This document shows, piece after piece, positions 39,072-49,228 of a stretch of 64,000 bases of DNA (position 1 is the stretch's first letter; every line of letters begins with the position of its first letter). The DNA lies in assembly GCA_965240465.1 (NCBI GenBank), contig OZ251219.1:1152001-1216000 (forward strand), in the 5' to 3' direction. The translations under genes were made by a program, and so were the position numbers. The stretch is from a bacterium. GTDB taxonomy: Bacteria; SAR324; JACQKK01. The notes under the pieces are model-generated. The model was not told where the DNA came from. It ran no database searches and saw nothing but the letters and a program-made list of their open reading frames with translations.

Positions 39072-40846
39072 CAGGTTGCGGTGCTTAGGTTATTTGCGGG
39101 TTTACTACTGGATTGCATTTCATTGACGGTCAGCAGTATTTTTCGTTGTCCGCGGAATTCATTAACGCTAGTTTGTACGTAGTAGTGATCGGGGTTATTG
39201 TTATGCCATTCATCGTATTGATTCCAGGCGATCATTTCTGCTTTTGGTCCAATGGTCCATTTTAGGTGTCGTTCGTTGATGTTGGTGGGGTTTGAGGGCA
39301 GGACTTCATTATCGAGTAGGAAGCAGGGGTTTTCATTACCGTTGCCGAAGGGAGCAAGGCTATTAATTTGTTCAGCCAGTTCTAGGTTGATAGCCTGTTT
39401 ATTCAAGGTTTCTTCAAAGAGATTCACTGTGGTGCTACTTTTGGAGGCTTGTTCGGCACAGGTTTCGGTGAATATTTTAGTGAATTCATCAAGTTGATCA
39501 GCAGCTACCAGACATCCGCTGGCAAAGATGTGTCCTCCCATATTCAAGGTGAAGCGTTCGGCGGCGGCGGTGGCAGCATGGACATTATAACCTGGGAGTC
39601 CGCGGGATGACCCCTTGTAATTTCCTTGGTTATCGAGAGTAAAGACTAAGGACGGCTTTTCAAAATGATTTACCAATCGGTTAGCAAGAATGCCTAGTAC
39701 TCCTTGGTGGAATTTGTCTATCACCACTAGGGCGGGGTTTTTATTGAGTCCTTCGGCGGTGATTTTTTTCAGGGCGAGACTAAAATTTTGCTTTTCAATT
39801 TCTCGGCGGGCGGTGTTGAGTTTATCCAGTTTGTTGGCTAGTAGGTTGGCTTTTTTGGGATTATCTTCCAGCAGTAGTTCTAGTCCGAGTTGGGCATCTT
39901 GCATGCGTCCAGCGGCGTTTATTCTGGGTGCGATCACAAAGGATATATCACGACCGTTCAGCATGCCATTTTTAGGTTCTATCCTTATTGTTGATAACAA
40001 GGCTGCGATTCCAGCCCGATTTTGTTTAGAGAGTTCTCGCAGTCCGTGATACACCAAGATTCTATTTTCTCCATTTAGTTCCACCATATCTGCGATGGTT
40101 CCCAAGGCTACTAGGTCTAGATACTCTCTTAGGCGAGGGATTTTATCATCATCCCAAAAGCCATCACGACGCAATAAGCTTCTTAGAGCACACATCAATT
40201 TGAAGACCACTCCACAACCTGCCAAGTGCTTGAATGGGTACTTACACTGCGGGAGATTAGGATCTACCACGATTCCGGGGGGAATTTTCTGGGGGGCGAC
40301 ATGGTGATCGGTCACGATGGTGTCTATTTTGGCTGCTTGTAGTTTAGCTATTTGAGGAGCTGCCGAGATGCCGTGGTCAACGGTTACGACCAAGCGAGCT
40401 TGTTTTTCTATCAGGAGGGTTACGGCTTTATCTCCGAGTCCATGTCCGTGTACAAAGCGATTGGGAACAAAGCCTTCCACTTTTGCATGGCAGATTTTGA
40501 GGAAATCCACCAGCAGGGCACAACTGGTGATGCCATCCACATCATAATCTCCCATCACCACGATGAGTTCCTTATTTTTTACGGCTTTTAGTAATCTGGT
40601 AGCGGCTTCTTCAACGCCGAACATCAGGAAGGGATCCAGTAGATTTTCCAGACTAGGTTGCAGGAAGGCACGTACTTCGGCTGGATTTTTCAAGCCTCGC
40701 CTTAGTAGTACTCGGGCTACTACGGGGAGTACTCCTATTTCTTTGGCGATGTCCTCTACGGCTGAGGAAGAGGGTTGTTCTTTGGCTTGCCACAGGATTG
40801 TTTTTAGTTTTTCAAGTTCAGCATCATCAGCAGTTGATTTTGTCAT
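39071..40846 (-). CDS. recJ: ssDNA-specific exonuclease RecJ
   Basis: GDYDVDGITS, TVDHG, TDHH, LGTIAD, PRINAAGR, GGH, APFGNGN. Confidence 0.97.
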   Translation of the reverse strand: MTKSTADDAELEKLKTILWQAKEQPSSSAVEDIAKEIGVLPVVARVLLRRGLKNPAEVRAFLQPSLENLLDPFLMFGVEEAATRLLKAVKNKELIVVMGDYDVDGITSCALLVDFLKICHAKVEGFVPNRFVHGHGLGDKAVTLLIEKQARLVVTVDHGISAAPQIAKLQAAKIDTIVTDHHVAPQKIPPGIVVDPNLPQCKYPFKHLAGCGVVFKLMCALRSLLRRDGFWDDDKIPRLREYLDLVALGTIADMVELNGENRILVYHGLRELSKQNRAGIAALLSTIRIEPKNGMLNGRDISFVIAPRINAAGRMQDAQLGLELLLEDNPKKANLLANKLDKLNTARREIEKQNFSLALKKITAEGLNKNPALVVIDKFHQGVLGILANRLVNHFEKPSLVFTLDNQGNYKGSSRGLPGYNVHAATAAAERFTLNMGGHIFASGCLVAADQLDEFTKIFTETCAEQASKSSTTVNLFEETLNKQAINLELAEQINSLAPFGNGNENPCFLLDNEVLPSNPTNINERHLKWTIGPKAEMIAWNQYDEWHNNNPDHYYVQTSVNEFRGQRKILLTVNEMQSSSKPANNLSTAT

Positions 40847-41091
40847 GTGTTTTCGGCGATGTATCGGTGTTAAAGAATTATCAACGCGTTTATTGTGTCT
40901 TTTATAATCCTTTAACGCAATTATTTTTTTATAATAAGGAAACATTTACTTTTTTTAAGTTAATATAAATTCTGCCCGATATTTTTGATACTTAAAAGTA
41001 TAATTCAATTTCTTAATGGGTTAGCATGTGGGTTAGCACGTGGGTTAGCATGTGGGTTCGTGGGTGATTATCGCATATTAAAGGGAGCATT

Positions 41092-41559
41092 ATGACTAAG
41101 GCATATTTTGGAGCAGGTTGTTTTTGGGGTGTGGAAGAGACTTTCCGCCAGTTGAGAGGGGTTAAATCTACTTCGGTGGGTTATGGGGGTGGTCATCAGG
41201 ACAGTCCTAATTATCAGCAGGTGTGCAGTGGAGGCACTGGGCATGCCGAGCTAGTAGAGGTAGAATACAACCCTGTTGAACTGCCTTATGATAAATTACT
41301 CGGTGTGTTTTGGAAGTGTCACAACCCGCTGCAGCATAATCGTCAAGGAGCGGATGTTGGTACCCAATATCGCTCGGTGATATTTTACACTGATGGATCC
41401 CAAGCCCAAGTAGCTAAAAAATCAAAGGAGGAGCTACAAAAGGGTTTCAAGTCTCTGGGGCAGTCTATTGCTACTAAGGTAGAAGCGTTCAAGAATTATT
41501 ATCTAGCTGAGGATTATCACCAGCAATATGTTGCCAAGCGGAACTCCAAAAGAAGATAG
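41092..41559 (+). CDS. msrA: Peptide-methionine (S)-S-oxide reductase
   Basis: GAGCFWG, TGHAE, GTQYRS, AEDYHQQY. Confidence 0.98.
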   Translation: MTKAYFGAGCFWGVEETFRQLRGVKSTSVGYGGGHQDSPNYQQVCSGGTGHAELVEVEYNPVELPYDKLLGVFWKCHNPLQHNRQGADVGTQYRSVIFYTDGSQAQVAKKSKEELQKGFKSLGQSIATKVEAFKNYYLAEDYHQQYVAKRNSKRR

Positions 41560-41616
41560 GGGAGGCGGGGAAAGAAGATAGGGGAGGCGGGGGAAGAAGG
41601 TAGGGAAGGCGGGGAG
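41551..41616. repeat. ~22-bp purine-rich repeat x3 starting on the msrA stop
   Basis: AAGAAG(A/G)TAGGG(G/A)AGGCGGGG. Confidence 0.8.
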
Positions 41617-41617
41617 A

Positions 41618-42820
41618 TTAATTGCGTTTTTGTATCAAGTTAAGACAGGCTTTGGCGATGGCATCGGCAGAGTTACTATGATGAAGAGTAGCGATTTGTT
41701 TTTCCATTTGCAGTCGGCGGCGGTGGTTGGTGAGCAGCTGGAGGATGGTTTCTGCCAGTTGAGAAGGATTTAGCTCTGCTTCTTCGAGGATTAGTCCTCC
41801 CCCTGCCTCAGCAATTAAACGAGCATTGGCACGCTGATGGTCTCCACTGCTTCTGCTCAGCGGAGTCAACAAACAGGCACGACCAGCAGCACACAACTCC
41901 GCGATGGCACTCGCACCAGAACGACTATAAACCAAATGACTCTCCCATAATGCTTGAGTTATGTCATCAATGAAAATTTCTACCCGACAACTAAGATTAT
42001 CTCCAGCCACTTTTTGCCAACATCGCTGAACGAACTTAAAATCGGCAGTGCCAGTTTGATGCAACACGCTCAGCTTTAGTCCACGAGCTCTCTCAGCCAA
42101 TATAGGTGCAGCTTTAGCAAGATTGATATTCAGCAAATGTGCCCCCTGACTGCCTCCAAGCACCAGCAAATGTAAGCGATCGCCCTTGGGACGGCTACGA
42201 CCCCTAAGAGCGATAATCTCACCTCGCACAGGAGTTCCAGTAACTAGGGAGCGAGGAAACTCCATTCCTGCCGCGGGAACAAAGGCTAGGTTAACCCATC
42301 TTCCTAGCAATCGGTTGGTTATGCCAGCAGCTACATTTTGTTCCTGAATGGCAGTCCCTATCCTAAACAAACAAGCAACCGCCAGCATCGGACCCGAGGC
42401 ATATCCGCCCACACCCAGCACTAAGGCAGGTCGCCAACTGAGTAACAACCACACACATTGACCAAAGGCAATAGGAAGCATCAGCAACACTAAGCACTTT
42501 CTCCAAAACCCTACCCGATACCAACCTCGCACTAAAATACAATGCAATCGCCAACCCTTAGCTGGTGCCAAACGAGCCTCTACTCCCCAGCGAGTACCCA
42601 CAAAACGAACTTCTACATCACGATGGCATACCAAGGACTCAGCCACCGCTAAGGCAGGAAAAAAATGCCCTCCAGTACCACCTCCAGCGATAATAATACG
42701 TACCCGATTCTTCGGGAGGTTTGTAGCTACTGGTGAACGGGGATGGCGAGGCACTGGCGATGAAGTTGGCGATAAAGTTAGCGATGAAGTTAGCGATGAA
42801 GTTGGCGATGAAATTGGCAA
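41618..42820 (-). CDS. murG: UDP-GlcNAc:lipid I N-acetylglucosaminyltransferase (start uncertain, within repeat)
   Basis: AGGGTGGHFFP, GGYASGP, EQNVAAGITNR, TGTPVR, GGSQGA, RSGAS, HQRANA. Confidence 0.97.
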   Translation of the reverse strand: MPISSPTSSLTSSLTLSPTSSPVPRHPRSPVATNLPKNRVRIIIAGGGTGGHFFPALAVAESLVCHRDVEVRFVGTRWGVEARLAPAKGWRLHCILVRGWYRVGFWRKCLVLLMLPIAFGQCVWLLLSWRPALVLGVGGYASGPMLAVACLFRIGTAIQEQNVAAGITNRLLGRWVNLAFVPAAGMEFPRSLVTGTPVRGEIIALRGRSRPKGDRLHLLVLGGSQGAHLLNINLAKAAPILAERARGLKLSVLHQTGTADFKFVQRCWQKVAGDNLSCRVEIFIDDITQALWESHLVYSRSGASAIAELCAAGRACLLTPLSRSSGDHQRANARLIAEAGGGLILEEAELNPSQLAETILQLLTNHRRRLQMEKQIATLHHSNSADAIAKACLNLIQKRN

Positions 42821-42895
42821 TGAAGTTGGCGATGAAGTTAGCGATGAAGTTAGCGATGAAGTTGGCAGTGAAATTAGCAGTGAAATTGGCAGTGC
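42756..42895. repeat. 12-bp tandem repeat (~11x) at the ftsW-murG junction
   Basis: (G/A)GC(G/A)(A/G)TGAA(G/A)TT repeated. Confidence 0.92.
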
Positions 42896-42917
42896 AGCTA
42901 TCAGCAGAAAGTTAGTG

Positions 42918-44138
42918 CTAGCCTGTCATGTGTTTGCACTTTTCATCAAAAGGATCAATCGGAGGCTGATTGCCATAACGGCTGATACTCAACAATAATC
43001 CAGTAGCCAACAGATGAAAAGTAATGGCACTACCCCCATAGCTTAACAAGGGAAGTGGCAAGCCCTTAGTGGGAATTAAGCCCATCACCACCGCCATATT
43101 TATCCAGATTTGCAACGAGAACAAACAAGCAATCCCATAAGCCAAATGACGACCAAATCCATCAGCAGTCCGCAAAGCCAAACGAAAAACCCGCCACAAC
43201 AAAAAAACAAATAAAGCGATCACCAGCCACACTCCCAGCAAGCCAAGCTCCTCACCCATAATGGAAAATATGAAATCCGTATGGGCATCAGGCAAAAAAA
43301 ACATTTTTTGCTGGCTATTTCCCAATCCCCGACCAAACCAACCCCCACCTCCCAAAGCCAAATAACTTTGGATTATCTGAAATCCAGAATCTAAACGATC
43401 AGACCAAGGATCCAAAAAAGCCAACAATCTTCTCAAACGATAAGATTGCTGAAATATTAGCCAAGTTCCCAAAGCCCCCAAAGCCGCCATACCCAGCAAT
43501 AAATGACCGGGTTTTCCCCCGCCCGCAAAAACCATCAACATCAAAACTAAGGCTATCAACACCATGTTACCAAAATCAGGCTGCCTCAAAACCAATAGCA
43601 AAAACAGGCTGGCTAATATCAAATTGGGAGCAATACCACGCAAAAATAAGGTGACCCGCTCTGGACGACGATCTAAATAAGATGCCATGTGCAGTACCAA
43701 AATCAACTTCAATAACTCCACTGGCTGAAATCCCAAAGGACCAAAACGCAACCAACGACTAGCCCCACCCGACTCATAACCAATGCCCGGTATTAAAACC
43801 ATCACCAATAATAAAAAAGTCACCAATAACCCTAACGGAATCCACGCCCGTACCCGATGATAAGATACTCGCATCACCAACAACATGGCTACCAAACCAA
43901 CCCCCATATGAAAAAAATGAGCCCGCAGGAATATCAAACTACTGCCATATAAACGCTCCGATAAAGGAGCACTGGCACTGTATATCATCAATGAACCCAG
44001 CATCAGTAACAGCAAGGTTATCACCAAGATAGGTAAGTCATAGCCATGCTGCCGATACCAAATCAAGTATTTTTGGTAGACTTTTTTAATAGACCAAATC
44101 AAGTTTTTTTGGTAGACCAAATTAAATATCTTAGTCAT
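42918..44138 (-). CDS. ftsW: SEDS peptidoglycan polymerase FtsW
   Basis: MIYSAS, GASRWL, FQPVELLK, QPDFG, FLDPW, LPDAHTDFIFS..GEELG, PTKGLPLPLLSYGGS. Confidence 0.96.
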   Translation of the reverse strand: MTKIFNLVYQKNLIWSIKKVYQKYLIWYRQHGYDLPILVITLLLLMLGSLMIYSASAPLSERLYGSSLIFLRAHFFHMGVGLVAMLLVMRVSYHRVRAWIPLGLLVTFLLLVMVLIPGIGYESGGASRWLRFGPLGFQPVELLKLILVLHMASYLDRRPERVTLFLRGIAPNLILASLFLLLVLRQPDFGNMVLIALVLMLMVFAGGGKPGHLLLGMAALGALGTWLIFQQSYRLRRLLAFLDPWSDRLDSGFQIIQSYLALGGGGWFGRGLGNSQQKMFFLPDAHTDFIFSIMGEELGLLGVWLVIALFVFLLWRVFRLALRTADGFGRHLAYGIACLFSLQIWINMAVVMGLIPTKGLPLPLLSYGGSAITFHLLATGLLLSISRYGNQPPIDPFDEKCKHMTG

Positions 44139-44221
44139 CAGTTTTTAGTAAGAGGCAGTTTAGGCAATTTTTTGGTTTTTGGTAGACCAAATTAAATATC
44201 TTAGTTATCAGTTATCAGTTT

Positions 44222-45685
44222 TTAGTTATCAGTTGTTAGTAGGTGGCAATTTATGCAACGTTTTAGCCAGTTGCAGTTTGTTTTTTGGCAGTCCACCTGA
44301 GTGCCTTGGAGTGCGAGTACAAATCTTTCTAGGTGTGCAGAGCGTGAGGCTTTGAATCCGAGTACTGCTTTTGGTGTGTTCCAGTGGTTAAGGGCTTGGA
44401 GCAGTTGTGATGCCGAGGAGAAGGTTTGGAGTTTTTTTTGGATGCTGGTCGGAGCTATTTTTTGTAATCCTTGGGCTAGTCCTGAGTTTTCGGGATCGTA
44501 GACGAGGTAGGCGTTCAGTGATGTCGGGAGTTGTTGGGCGAGGATTTGGCAGCTATTGGCGAGTCCGTCTTCCAGTTCGTTGCAGGGTCCGATGACGAGT
44601 ATTTTATGATCTTCGGGTCTTAGGGCGAGGGTTTGGGAGAGGGCGATGATGGTTTCGGGGCTGGCGTTGTAGGTATCATCAATGAGGGTGGCTTTTTCAT
44701 GGCTTTTTGAGAGTTGCATACGCCCTGGTTGTTGAGGATGCCAGTTATTTAGGTGTTGGAGGCAATCATCGGGCAGGTTTAGAGCACGGCAGACTCCCCA
44801 AGCGGCGAGCATGGGCAAAGAGCCGAAGGATCCTGGGATACCTGCTTGCAGCTTGAGTTTGGTTTTTTGATGGACGGCAGTAAATTGCTGATATCCTTGG
44901 GGATTATATTGGAGGTTGGTGGCGTGGAAATCGCTTTGTTGAAGTCCGAAGCTTTGTATTTTGGTATTTTTGGGAGAGAGTTTGCGGGCTAGTTTTCCTA
45001 ATTTTTGGTCGTGAATGCTCCAAAGAGCAGTTCCTTCGGGTTTTAGGCAGGAGAACAATTCGGCTTTGGTTTGATAGATGATCTCTTGAGTTCCGAAGAT
45101 GCCTATATGGGCGTGTCCTACGTTGAGGAGTACGGCTATTGTGGGTGGGGCTATATCGCAGAGGAATTTTATATCACCTGCTTTACGGGCGGAGAATTCT
45201 AGTATTAGGGCGCGTTGGTTGCCGTCTAGGTTTAGGAGGCTGAGTGGTACTCCGATTTCATTATTGAGGGAGGCGGGGGTTTTGAGTATGGGCAGGGCTT
45301 GGGACACCGCATGAGCGACCATTTCTTTGGTGATTGTTTTGCCGTGGCTACCACTGATGGCTACTACTGGCGGGTTATGTAGCTTGAGCAGTTCTCGTGC
45401 CATTGAGGCGAGGGCAGTAGCGGTGTCATTGGTTTGAAGGATTGCACCTTTGAAGTGTGGCAGTTGTATTTTATGGTCGGTGATGAGCAGTTTTATTGTG
45501 GAGAGATGAATTTGTTGAAGGTGTTGATGGGCGTCGCCGTGTGATGTTTTGAAGGCGAAGAAGATTTGCTCTTGCTTTAATTTGCGAGTGTCATAAGCGG
45601 TTCCAGAGAGGTTTTTATGAGGTTCGCTGGGTTTTTGTATCCAGTGTCCGTGGGAGAATTTTTGTGCTTGGGATGGTGTGATCAC
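44222..45685 (-). CDS. murF: UDP-MurNAc-tripeptide--D-Ala-D-Ala ligase
   Basis: YDTRK, AISGSHGKT..KE, NNEIGVPLSL, AHIG.FG, GRM, IDDTYNASP, KASR. Confidence 0.92.
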   Translation of the reverse strand: MITPSQAQKFSHGHWIQKPSEPHKNLSGTAYDTRKLKQEQIFFAFKTSHGDAHQHLQQIHLSTIKLLITDHKIQLPHFKGAILQTNDTATALASMARELLKLHNPPVVAISGSHGKTITKEMVAHAVSQALPILKTPASLNNEIGVPLSLLNLDGNQRALILEFSARKAGDIKFLCDIAPPTIAVLLNVGHAHIGIFGTQEIIYQTKAELFSCLKPEGTALWSIHDQKLGKLARKLSPKNTKIQSFGLQQSDFHATNLQYNPQGYQQFTAVHQKTKLKLQAGIPGSFGSLPMLAAWGVCRALNLPDDCLQHLNNWHPQQPGRMQLSKSHEKATLIDDTYNASPETIIALSQTLALRPEDHKILVIGPCNELEDGLANSCQILAQQLPTSLNAYLVYDPENSGLAQGLQKIAPTSIQKKLQTFSSASQLLQALNHWNTPKAVLGFKASRSAHLERFVLALQGTQVDCQKTNCNWLKRCINCHLLTTDN

Positions 45686-46365
45686 GGGCTAGTTCTGGTG
45701 GAGCGTAGGTAGGGGCGAAGGAACAGATATAGCATCAATGCGAGCAGGGACAGGTATAGGTAGGCAAATCTTTTCAGGTTGAGACCTTGTATGGTGAGCA
45801 TCAGGTCGTATCCGCCGTGGGCGATGATGGCTATGAGTAGTCCTGAGAGCATGAACAGATATTTTGCCCATCCATTTTTTGTATTGGAGCTAAAGGATAT
45901 TCCTATTCCCAAGGGGATGCTGAACAGTGCATGAGCGGGGATGGTAAGTACGCTGCGAAGCAATAGTACGGGGGTTCCGAAGCGTTCTAGATAGAAGATA
46001 TTTTCCACCACTGCGAAGCTGGTAGCTACGGCTACGGCAGCCATTATTGCGTGAGGGAGGGGTCGTGTATGGCGAGGGTTAAACAGCAGAATCAGCACTA
46101 GCCATTTGGAAAATTCTTCATTTAGTCCGACGCACAATCCCCAGAAGATGCTGTAATGCCAGAGATTATTGGCACCGTCCCAGAACAGAGTTTCTTGCTC
46201 TACGAGATTGTTAAGCGACAGAGCCAGCAATGCCGACAAGGCACCGCCAAGTACCAGCCAAATGATAAATAAGGGATTGCGTCCTTGCCAGTTTCCGCGA
46301 CTAAGTAGCCACCATATTAGCATTAAAGCGGGTGCTAGCGCGATAGTGAACAGCCATAAATTCAC
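45682..46365 (-). CDS. PrsW-family intramembrane glutamic protease
   Basis: GLNEEFSK, FAVVENIFY, PAHALF, AHGGYD. Confidence 0.88.
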   Translation of the reverse strand: MNLWLFTIALAPALMLIWWLLSRGNWQGRNPLFIIWLVLGGALSALLALSLNNLVEQETLFWDGANNLWHYSIFWGLCVGLNEEFSKWLVLILLFNPRHTRPLPHAIMAAVAVATSFAVVENIFYLERFGTPVLLLRSVLTIPAHALFSIPLGIGISFSSNTKNGWAKYLFMLSGLLIAIIAHGGYDLMLTIQGLNLKRFAYLYLSLLALMLYLFLRPYLRSTRTSP

Positions 46366-47696
46366 AAAGATAATCCTTCAGATCCCATATTTTGCAGCTC
46401 CATATTTTGTAACAAATACTGGGTTATTTTTTGCCATTTATCCTCCAGTTTAGCATCTATTCGGGCTGCTTCCAGCGATTGTCGTGCCAGAGGAAAGTCT
46501 CCCTGAGCGATTGCCAACAAGCCCAGCATCACCCGAGACAAAGGCCAGCGTGAGGGATTATCGCGCAGCATTTCTTTTAGATCCTTGATACCTCCTTGTA
46601 ATATTTCGCGGCTGGGTAGCTGCTTGATAGTCCACAAATAGCGAGCATATGCCTCATTCTCTCGTTCTTGAGCAATGTAGATCAGCCCCAGATTAAGGTG
46701 TACATAAAGTAAATTAGGATTTAGCACCAGGGCTTGGCGACTGTAAAAATCGGCTTCGGTGTAATTGCCTAGTATGTAGCTTACCCAGCCCAAATTTCCC
46801 AAGGCAAAATAATTATTAAAATGTAAAACCACTTCCTTATATGAATTGGCAGCTTTTTGCATGTAAAATGGAGCATAAATAGACAAACCATCTGCTTGCA
46901 ATTGATACCCTTTCTCGTAATGCACGTTAGCCAGTGCCTGATGCAATTCCGCCCGCTTAGCTAAGTCATCGGCTTGATCAAGACCACGATTCAAAATCCG
47001 CACCGCTCCATGATAATCGCCCGCACTCCTACTCAAGCCACTTCCTGCAATCACATGATGGTCTATGGAGCCAGAATTGGTTTGTAGAGGCCCCCAAACT
47101 CCGTAGCGTTTTAGGAGAATCTCCCAGCGCTTATCTAGGGTTCGCCTAGTAAATTGAGGTACTATTTCGCCATCAGATTCTGAAAAAATCCCAAACTTGC
47201 TCGCCCGTTTCTTCAATCCGTCCCACCACTGACGCATATCGGAGTACGGTGCCTCAGTTTCTTGTTGTGGTCGGTCATTGCTAATAAAGCGTTCCCACCA
47301 GTGCTTTCCTTCTTCTTGCCCAATCGAAAAACTTAACTTCAGTGGCTCTGGAACCCTAGGAAAAACCAAAAATAAAAACATATAAACCAATAACACCGAA
47401 CCCAACATCCCCCACATCGCCCAACTAGAAGATTGCAAATTCTGCTCTGTCCCAGCCTGACGCCACCAACCCGATGCCCTACGAAACTCACCCAAGGCAA
47501 CACGCCACGAACTGCTCTTCAAAAACGCATTAGCCTTAGAATAATGCACAACAGCATTATCCTCGGCACGTATTCCTCTCATCCCCCATCTCCATCGCCG
47601 CAAACGATCAAAAAAACCCTTCCAGCCAATTAGGCGTCGTTTTAGTGAATCTAGCTCTGCCATTCTTGCACCATACTTGCGTTGTCCTGTTCTCAC
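46362..47696 (-). CDS. Membrane-anchored TPR-repeat protein
   Basis: Single TM; ALGNLGWVSYILGNYTEA..YSRQAL.LNP....HLNLGLIY TPR pattern. Confidence 0.75.
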   Translation of the reverse strand: MRTGQRKYGARMAELDSLKRRLIGWKGFFDRLRRWRWGMRGIRAEDNAVVHYSKANAFLKSSSWRVALGEFRRASGWWRQAGTEQNLQSSSWAMWGMLGSVLLVYMFLFLVFPRVPEPLKLSFSIGQEEGKHWWERFISNDRPQQETEAPYSDMRQWWDGLKKRASKFGIFSESDGEIVPQFTRRTLDKRWEILLKRYGVWGPLQTNSGSIDHHVIAGSGLSRSAGDYHGAVRILNRGLDQADDLAKRAELHQALANVHYEKGYQLQADGLSIYAPFYMQKAANSYKEVVLHFNNYFALGNLGWVSYILGNYTEADFYSRQALVLNPNLLYVHLNLGLIYIAQERENEAYARYLWTIKQLPSREILQGGIKDLKEMLRDNPSRWPLSRVMLGLLAIAQGDFPLARQSLEAARIDAKLEDKWQKITQYLLQNMELQNMGSEGLSL

Positions 47697-47800
47697 TCAG
47701 CTCGCCTACATTAAGCTCTACCACTACCTCTATTTTGTATTAAAAGCATGGGGCTGTCTAGTTTTGTTTATGGAGCAGAATCTACTAGGCACTTAGTAAA

Positions 47801-47829
47801 TTGACAATCAGGCGTTTTAAGGGTATATT
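47801..47829 (+). promoter_or_regulatory. sigma70-type promoter of the membrane protein/ImmA cassette
   Basis: TTGACA-17 bp-TATATT; a second TTGACA at 47856. Confidence 0.65.
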
Positions 47830-47940
47830 TGGGGAAGTCCCCCCACAAATCGGTCTTGACATATCTCAGCATTGTATTATAGAAAGGGGGGCAAAGCTTC
47901 TTATAGGAGTTCTAAGAAATGGTTATGGTAGGCGGTAAAA

Positions 47941-48435
47941 ATGAAATGGTGGGAATTAGTGTTGACGCTGGTGCGGGCTTTTGGTTGGGTGTTGGGTATA
48001 GGTGCTATATTTTTTCTTGCTCCCTTATATACAAGATATGTTTCCTTGTATTTAACACCAAAAGGAACGTTTGATGATAATGTTGCTTCCACGCTTTCAG
48101 TTCAACTTGCTATGCTCCAGCTGGGTCTGACAGCATTTGGGATCAGCATAGCAGTTTTAGCCATTTTTGGTTTTAAGATCATAAAAGAGGAGGCTGTTAA
48201 AGTAGCAGAAGAGAAGGCTGATGAAGTGGCAGAAAAGAAGGCTGGTAAAGTGGCAGAAAAGAAGGCTGGTAAAGTGGCAGAAAAGAAGGCTGATAAAGTA
48301 GCAAAAGAAGTAGCTGGTAAAGTAGCAAAAGAAGTAGCTGGTAAAGTAGCAAAAGAAGTAGCTGGTAAAGTGGCAAAAGAAGTAAGAGCATCAACGCAGT
48401 TTAAAGACTATTCTGACGACGATATACCTTTTTAA
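47941..48435 (+). CDS. Two-TM membrane protein with charged helical repeats and SSB-like C-terminal DDDIPF
   Basis: Two hydrophobic segments, (KVAEKKAG)/(KVAKEVAG) 24-bp repeats, ends DYSDDDIPF. Confidence 0.75.
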   Translation: MKWWELVLTLVRAFGWVLGIGAIFFLAPLYTRYVSLYLTPKGTFDDNVASTLSVQLAMLQLGLTAFGISIAVLAIFGFKIIKEEAVKVAEEKADEVAEKKAGKVAEKKAGKVAEKKADKVAKEVAGKVAKEVAGKVAKEVAGKVAKEVRASTQFKDYSDDDIPF

Positions 48436-48475
48436 TAAAATTATTGCAGAACAAATTTTTAGTGAGAACAGTGAA

Positions 48476-49111
48476 ATGGTAATGTCACATAAAGAAGCTT
48501 TTGGTATTATAGAGAAATATCACCGAGAAAACTCCTACCCGCCAGTAGATGTGGTAGAACTTGCAAGAAGGTTTGGGGTCAAGGAAATTAATAAATTCAG
48601 TGGTGCAGGTGCAATAGACCCCGAAAGTTTATCTAGTATTATAGATTCTATTAAGATAACGCTTAATCAAATGGAGGCAAAGTATAAAAGTAATAGAGTA
48701 TCAGGATATGTTCGTAGAGTTGACAAAGATAACGAGAATGAAGGGTATATTATTGGGGTAAATCAAGATGATGCAAAAGTAAGACAACGCTTTAGCATAT
48801 CCCATGAAATTGCCCACATTGTTCTACATAGTGCTCTTATTGGTGATGGGATAAAGGATATGATTAATAAAAAAATTGGTTCTGATGATAGTAAAAATGG
48901 TGTGGATAAAAATGAAGAAAATTACTCCCTATACAGAAGTGGTTTGTCTAACTCTGTGGAGACCAGTGCAAATGATCTCGCGGCTAGAATCTTAATGCCA
49001 TTAAAATTTATTGAAGAGGCGATAAAAAGTGGCGTGAAAGATATACCAGCTCTGGCAGAATTGTTTGGGGTTTCTGAGCAGGCTATGACAATAAGAGTAA
49101 AAAAACTTTAG
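48476..49111 (+). CDS. ImmA/IrrE-family Zn metallo-endopeptidase
   Basis: PPVDVVELA, RQRFSISHEIAH (HExxH), ETSANDLAARILMP, LAELFGVSEQAM. Confidence 0.92.
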   Translation: MVMSHKEAFGIIEKYHRENSYPPVDVVELARRFGVKEINKFSGAGAIDPESLSSIIDSIKITLNQMEAKYKSNRVSGYVRRVDKDNENEGYIIGVNQDDAKVRQRFSISHEIAHIVLHSALIGDGIKDMINKKIGSDDSKNGVDKNEENYSLYRSGLSNSVETSANDLAARILMPLKFIEEAIKSGVKDIPALAELFGVSEQAMTIRVKKL

Positions 49112-49228
49112 GAATTTTAATCCCGCCCCGATGTCAACAACTCTCCCCTGAGTGATCCCTTTGCAATGGGCTTCCTATCGGGAGGCGGGGGGCGGGGGGT
49201 GTTGCTATTTAAGATAGGCGGGGGTGTG

